The translations under genes were made by a program, and so were the position numbers. A stretch of DNA of 64,000 nucleotides. Origin: Macrostomum lignano. Lineage: Eukaryota. The stretch covers positions 1 through 64,000 of the forward strand of contig NIVC01002409.1 in the NCBI GenBank assembly GCA_002269645.1. The letters are read 5' to 3'. Shown piece after piece: positions 59,568 to 64,000 of this stretch. The notes beneath the pieces were generated by a model. It made no database searches. It was given only the letters and a program-made list of their open reading frames with translations, and was not told the DNA's origin. Each line of letters starts with the position of its first letter. Positions within the stretch are counted from its first letter, which is position 1.

Positions 59568-60376
59568 ATGTACCTCGCAGGCCCTCTGCTGTTGCTTCTG
59601 TGCGCTCGGCTCTGCTTGGCTGCGGAATTCGGCTTTGTCGGCTGCTACAGGGACAACACACCCCGGGGTGTCAGGGACCTCATCGGACTGGACGGCATGT
59701 CCACCATCGGGCCCTACACGGTGATCACAGCAAAAAAATTGCGTGATCCGGGACGACATAACGCTGCAGCTGTGCAGCCAGATCTGCGAGCTGGGCAACT
59801 TCAAGTACTTCGGTGCGCAATACAGGAAGGAGTGCTTCTGTGGAAACTCGTACGGCAGTCAGGGCGCCGCTCCCGAGAGCGACTGCAACATGAACTGCGC
59901 TGGCAACGCTAGCCAGATCTGCGGCTCGGGAGGCCGAAATTCGGTTTACCTGCAGTTTAACCACCGTCCCAGTGAGCAGTGGATTTCTCGCAATTTTTGT
60001 GGCTGAGGGATTTGATAGACTAAGGGCTTACTGACCCTCTATGAGACTACTGACACTGCCCGATGACATTTCACACTTTACATCACACTGACTTTTCAAG
60101 CATTGATAATCAGCTGAACTGAACTGCATTTTACTCATTGCAGTCGGCAACAAGTTCGTCGAAGCTCCCCGAGTCTACCTGAACGCGACCTCCTCCGGCG
60201 GGCCCTTCTACCGCACCTTGCAGCCGGCCAGAAGCCTCATCGACTGCCTGCTGGGTTGCGACGCGAGCTGCCAGGCTACCCTGTTCCACCAGGGTACCTG
60301 CTACCTGCTGAAATTGCCGGCTCTGCCGCAGCAGCTGGTCGGTGTTCAGGACGGAAAGTTCTTTGTCCGTGGCTAG
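59568..60376 (+). CDS. Secreted WSC-domain + PAN/apple-like protein; 1-nt frameshift in an A7 run (pseudogene or assembly error)
   Basis: Signal peptide MYLAGPLLLLLCARLCLA. WSC motifs FVGCYRD...ITLQLCSQIC...FGAQYRKECFCGNSYG...CNMNCAGNASQICGSGGRNSVY. Exons 59568-59971 and 60144-60376 (phase 1). Exon 2 carries SLIDCLLGCDASCQATLFHQGTCYL. Frame break at 59732-59738. Confidence 0.8.
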
Positions 60377-61691
60377 AAGACCTGATGCTTCAGCTCGTAC
60401 TTGCGCTGCGATCAACTTAATGGCGCTTTCTGTTAATCCTTGGGTTAATCCCTTAATCTGTGCTTTTTCAGTTCTCTTAAAAACTTTGGCTTGTTTCTAA
60501 TTTAACAAAACCCTTTATGTCAGATCCACTTGAAGTTTTTTTCAGTAATAACAGTTCGAATGTTGTACCTTCGAAACCAAACACCTTTGTGAGCACTGAC
60601 TATGTGTAGGTACGCTTCAGTTCAAGTTGCAATTAAAGTGAAAAAGAATAGGAAACCGATACTAAAAATCTATTGATTTTTCTAGGAACTGGGGTTGAAC
60701 TTTTGGATCTTTTCGCAACCCCAGCAAAATAAATATACGGGTCTCGGCTTCTCAGCCACTCTCTCCAGCATTGACAAAATGCGCCTTGCTTGTCGTCTTT
60801 GAATTTGTACATGTACGTGGCAGCGAGTTTCTCGAGCCTGAAAGTCGCTGCCTGCGCCGCAGAACAGCTTGGAGAAAAATCTGACAATATTTTATGGCGT
60901 GAGCGTCTAGCTAACTGAAAACTAAGAACTAAAAACTTTAAGTGCACCTCGGTCCTTCAGTTATTTTACGCATCTGTGGGGCAAGCACCTGGACCAGACT
61001 AACGCGTAAATTCATTGCTTTTCAGTAAAAATATTTGTAAGAGTACTGATAGTCTTTAATGCTCGCTAAGGCGTATTCAGCATGCCAGTGAAGTACCAGT
61101 ATGAGACAGACCAGGCCTATGATCTAAGCCCTAAGGTCTGCGATGCTTCACGCCTGCCCCCATCTTCAGCAGGCAAAGGCTGGTGGGAGGTCTGCACCCT
61201 CTATAGTCGACCCAGGGGTACTCGTCCCCGCGAGTGTTCATGGCAGACCCTCGGGCTGCTGGACAGACTGGGCTCCGACGCTGGGTACCCATCCAGTGGC
61301 TCCGGCCGAATTTGGTTAGCAGTTCTGGCTCGCCAGTCCGCAGGCCGTGGTACTGCTTAACGTACCCTCTAATGCCTAAGGTGTTGACCGTGCCTAGTAT
61401 TTTATTATTTTCCCCATTATTTTTCATTTATTAATTAATCATTTTTTATCATAATTAATCTTTCATAACAAAAATAATAAAAATATTCATCGATTACTTG
61501 ATGCAAACTATGTTGCGCAAACTGCTGTAAAGCAAAGGGTTTGCTTTACGTTGTGTGTGAGTTGTTACGTACTATTTTATTGCATCCTGCTGTAACACAT
61601 TCATCACAGAAGCAGTTATTGTAACCACCGATCTGCTTACTTTCTACAAAGAACGCTCCAGCGAATATTGACATAACTGAATAAGTTCATA

Positions 61692-62080
61692 TACGCAATT
61701 TCACCTACTATAAGTAGTTTTCACTAGCCTAATTTTGTGTTAATATCGTTGACTACATATCGTTGCCGCAGGCGCACCCTCCCGATATGTACACCCTCCC
61801 GAGCCGCAGGCGACCCTCCCGATATGTATGTACCCCGATATGTACACCCTCCCGATATGTACCCCGACATATATGCCGCAGGCGACCCTCCCGATATGTA
61901 TGCTGCAGGCGCCCCAAAGATACACCCTCCCGAGCCAAAGGTACACTCTCCCGATATGAGTGTACACTCTCCCGATATGTGTGTACACTCTCCTGATATG
62001 GGTGTACATCGATATGTAGTCAACGATATTAACACAAAATTAGGCTAGTGAAAACTACTTCTAGTAGGTGAAATTGCGTA
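61692..62080. mobile_element. Foldback MITE with ~71-bp TIRs, probable TA target duplication and internal short repeats
   Basis: TACGCAATTTCACCTACTATAAGTAGTTTTCACTAGCCTAATTTTGTGTTAATATCGTTGACTACATATCG (61692-61762) matches its reverse complement at 62010-62080 with one mismatch. Flanked by TA on both sides. Confidence 0.85.
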
Positions 62081-62144
62081 TATTTACATAAAAAGTAGAT
62101 AAAACGTATCAGTATGTGTAAATATCGGTGCATAATGCATATTA

Positions 62145-62465
62145 CCCGCCTGGCCAAGTGGTCCGGCTTTTCATCCGGTTTTGGTCCGTATCGTCCAGTT
62201 TTTATGCCTTTACCGGACTACCGGACCAATTCGTCCGGTTATCGTCCGGTTTCGAAGTCCGGGTGAAAAACCGGACAAAAACCGGTCAAAAACCGGATGA
62301 ATTTTTACTCCGGAATCATACCGGACGAAAAACGGACGAATTCGGCCCAGTTCCGGATGTAGGGACCTGTTTTGATCCGAATTTTTGTCCGGTTTCCATC
62401 CGGAAACTTGTCCGGTCCTAATCGGACAATTAAGCGGACAAAATCCAGATGGAAACCGGACTAAA
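62145..62465. repeat. TCCGG/CCGGA-rich subterminal-like repeat block, possibly the left end of the downstream DNA transposon
   Basis: Many TCCGG and CCGGA motifs in both orientations after ACCCGCCTGGCCAAGTGG. Confidence 0.45.
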
Positions 62466-62943
62466 TCTTGCGAGATCAGTAAGTAAGCCTTCACAGTCTT
62501 CACAGTCTACGAAGTGTACTTTTTAGTTATGCATCATACGTACAGGATTCGCTTTAACTCCGCCAATGCCGGTCCCAAGCCCGGTTGAAAAAGGAGGAGG
62601 GTTTGGGGAGACGGTCTCTCCAGTAGAAGCCATCTTTCGTATCTAATTTATTATGAAGCTGAATATGAACTTCAATTTATACAGCAATTATCTGGCTACA
62701 ATATATGACACTACCTCATGTGTAGGACTACCTCAAGTGTAGGAAAGCAAACAATTAGTTTCGCTATGATAGGTATCTTGGAGGTATCTTTACTGTGTCT
62801 CCAGTAATCTTATAGATAACACTGTCCAATGACCCATACTATGATACCATTGATGATGAGCACTATATGTACTCTGAAAAACACGACTAACCTTAGCTCC
62901 CCAAACTTGCATTGCAGCCCGCACCTAGTGGTTGTCCGTGTCC

Positions 62944-64000
62944 ATGCAGCCCTCAGGACGCAACCGGCGGCAGTATATGCAGCAGCGAAGGTTCGAGCAG
63001 AAGCTAAAAGCTGCCATAAGTAAGGGTCAGCCGTCGCTTTCCCACTCCCCAATTCAACGCGATTCTGCAACTCTGCAGACCCACGAGCCGAAACCCTCTG
63101 GCAGCGTTAATCGTACGGCAGGTATGTACTGTTCATCGAATACATCACATGGCTGCAACGAGAGAAAGTGTTACTTTTTACTACTTCTTTCAATTCCTTA
63201 TACCTTCTCGGGACAGGCGATGGCATTGTCGCGGCAGCCAGCGCCAGCGTCGACGAAGCCGACAGCGACACTGACAGCTACGCCAGCAGTGGCGCGGCGC
63301 CCCAGGGCAGCGGCGACGAAGCCGACAGCGACACTGACAGCTACGCCAGTGGTGCTGCGCCCCAGGGCAGCGGCGACGAAGCCGACAGCGACACTGACAG
63401 CTACGCCAGTGGTGCTGCGCCCCAGGGCAGCGGCGACGAAGCCGACAGCGACACTGACAGCTACGCCAGTGGTGCTGCGCCCCAGGGCAGCGGCGACGAA
63501 GCCAACAGCGACACTGAACACTGACAGCTACGCCAGTGGTGCTGCGCCCCAGGGCAGCGGCGACGAAGCCAACAGCGACACTGACAGCTACGCCAGTGGT
63601 GCTGCGCCCCAGGGCAGCGGCGACGAAGCCAACAGCGACACTGACAGCTACGCCAGTGGTGCTGCGCCCCAGGGCAACGGCGACCAGGCCGACATCGACG
63701 CCAGCGGCGCTGCGTCCCAGGGCAGCGGCGACGAGGCCAACAGCGACGCCAGCGGCGCTGTGCCGCCAAACTTCGACCTCTTCCAGCACCCATGGCACGA
63801 TGGGGTACTGGCTGAGCCCATATACTCCATAGCGCCTGCCATTTGTGAGGTCAATGACTGCGCTATTGACCTGCAGATTCCCCGTGAAAAAGTCGGCCGG
63901 CTTTTGGCTACCATCCATCGCCTCGTCCCCGGCAACAGGTTGCCGCGGACGGCGAAGACGTTGTGGCGGAATATGAAAAAGGCCCAAAGTTGCATCGGCT
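62944..64000 (+). mobile_element. 5' part of a probable CACTA/EnSpm (CMC)-like transposase gene, frameshifted and truncated by the window edge
   Basis: Exon 62944-63121 (MQPSGRNRRQYMQQRRFEQKLKAA...), then intron 63122-63216. Exon 2 has 60-bp acidic repeats and a 7-bp duplication at 63511-63524 that creates a stop. An open frame then runs to the edge, ending CAIDLQIPREKVGRLLATIHRLVPGNRLPRTAKTLW, which resembles the 'LL..L...P..LP.T.KTL' N-terminal motif of animal EnSpm-type transposases (recalled, not searched). Confidence 0.5.

Noticed and set aside
60633-61434. ORFs of 66-104 aa in moderately GC-rich sequence
   Set aside because: No recognisable domain, splice pattern or element termini; left unannotated.

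Overview
Eukaryotic (metazoan) genomic DNA with spliceosomal GT-AG introns, GC-rich exons and AT-rich intergenic stretches. Most larger introns are filled by their own minisatellite. That style suggests a free-living flatworm such as Macrostomum; this is inference, not verified. Gene models reconstructed by hand with phase-consistent splice sites: casein kinase 1 gamma (+, ~13.0-19.3 kb); an unknown coiled-coil protein (+, ~25.0-31.5 kb); a ~2330-aa hillarin/KY-like transglutaminase-fold pseudoenzyme with a 5-kb disordered first coding exon (-, 33.7-42.8 kb); a 16-exon PDIA5/PDIR (+, 44.1-53.2 kb); a secreted WSC + PAN/apple-like protein with a 1-nt frameshift and an inverted, solo-LTR-interrupted copy of its exon 2 (57.8-60.6 kb); and the truncated 5' part of a probable CACTA/EnSpm-like transposase (+, from 62.9 kb). 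Mobile elements include a MITE inserted in inverted orientation into a copy of itself (two 8-bp TSDs), a tRNA/CORE-like SINE, a solo LTR and a foldback MITE. The most unusual pattern is that several intronic minisatellites are tandem amplifications of the exon end plus its 5' splice site, which creates ladders of donor sites; one ladder is in frame. Most long ORFs in the supplied track are repeat artefacts or antisense shadows.
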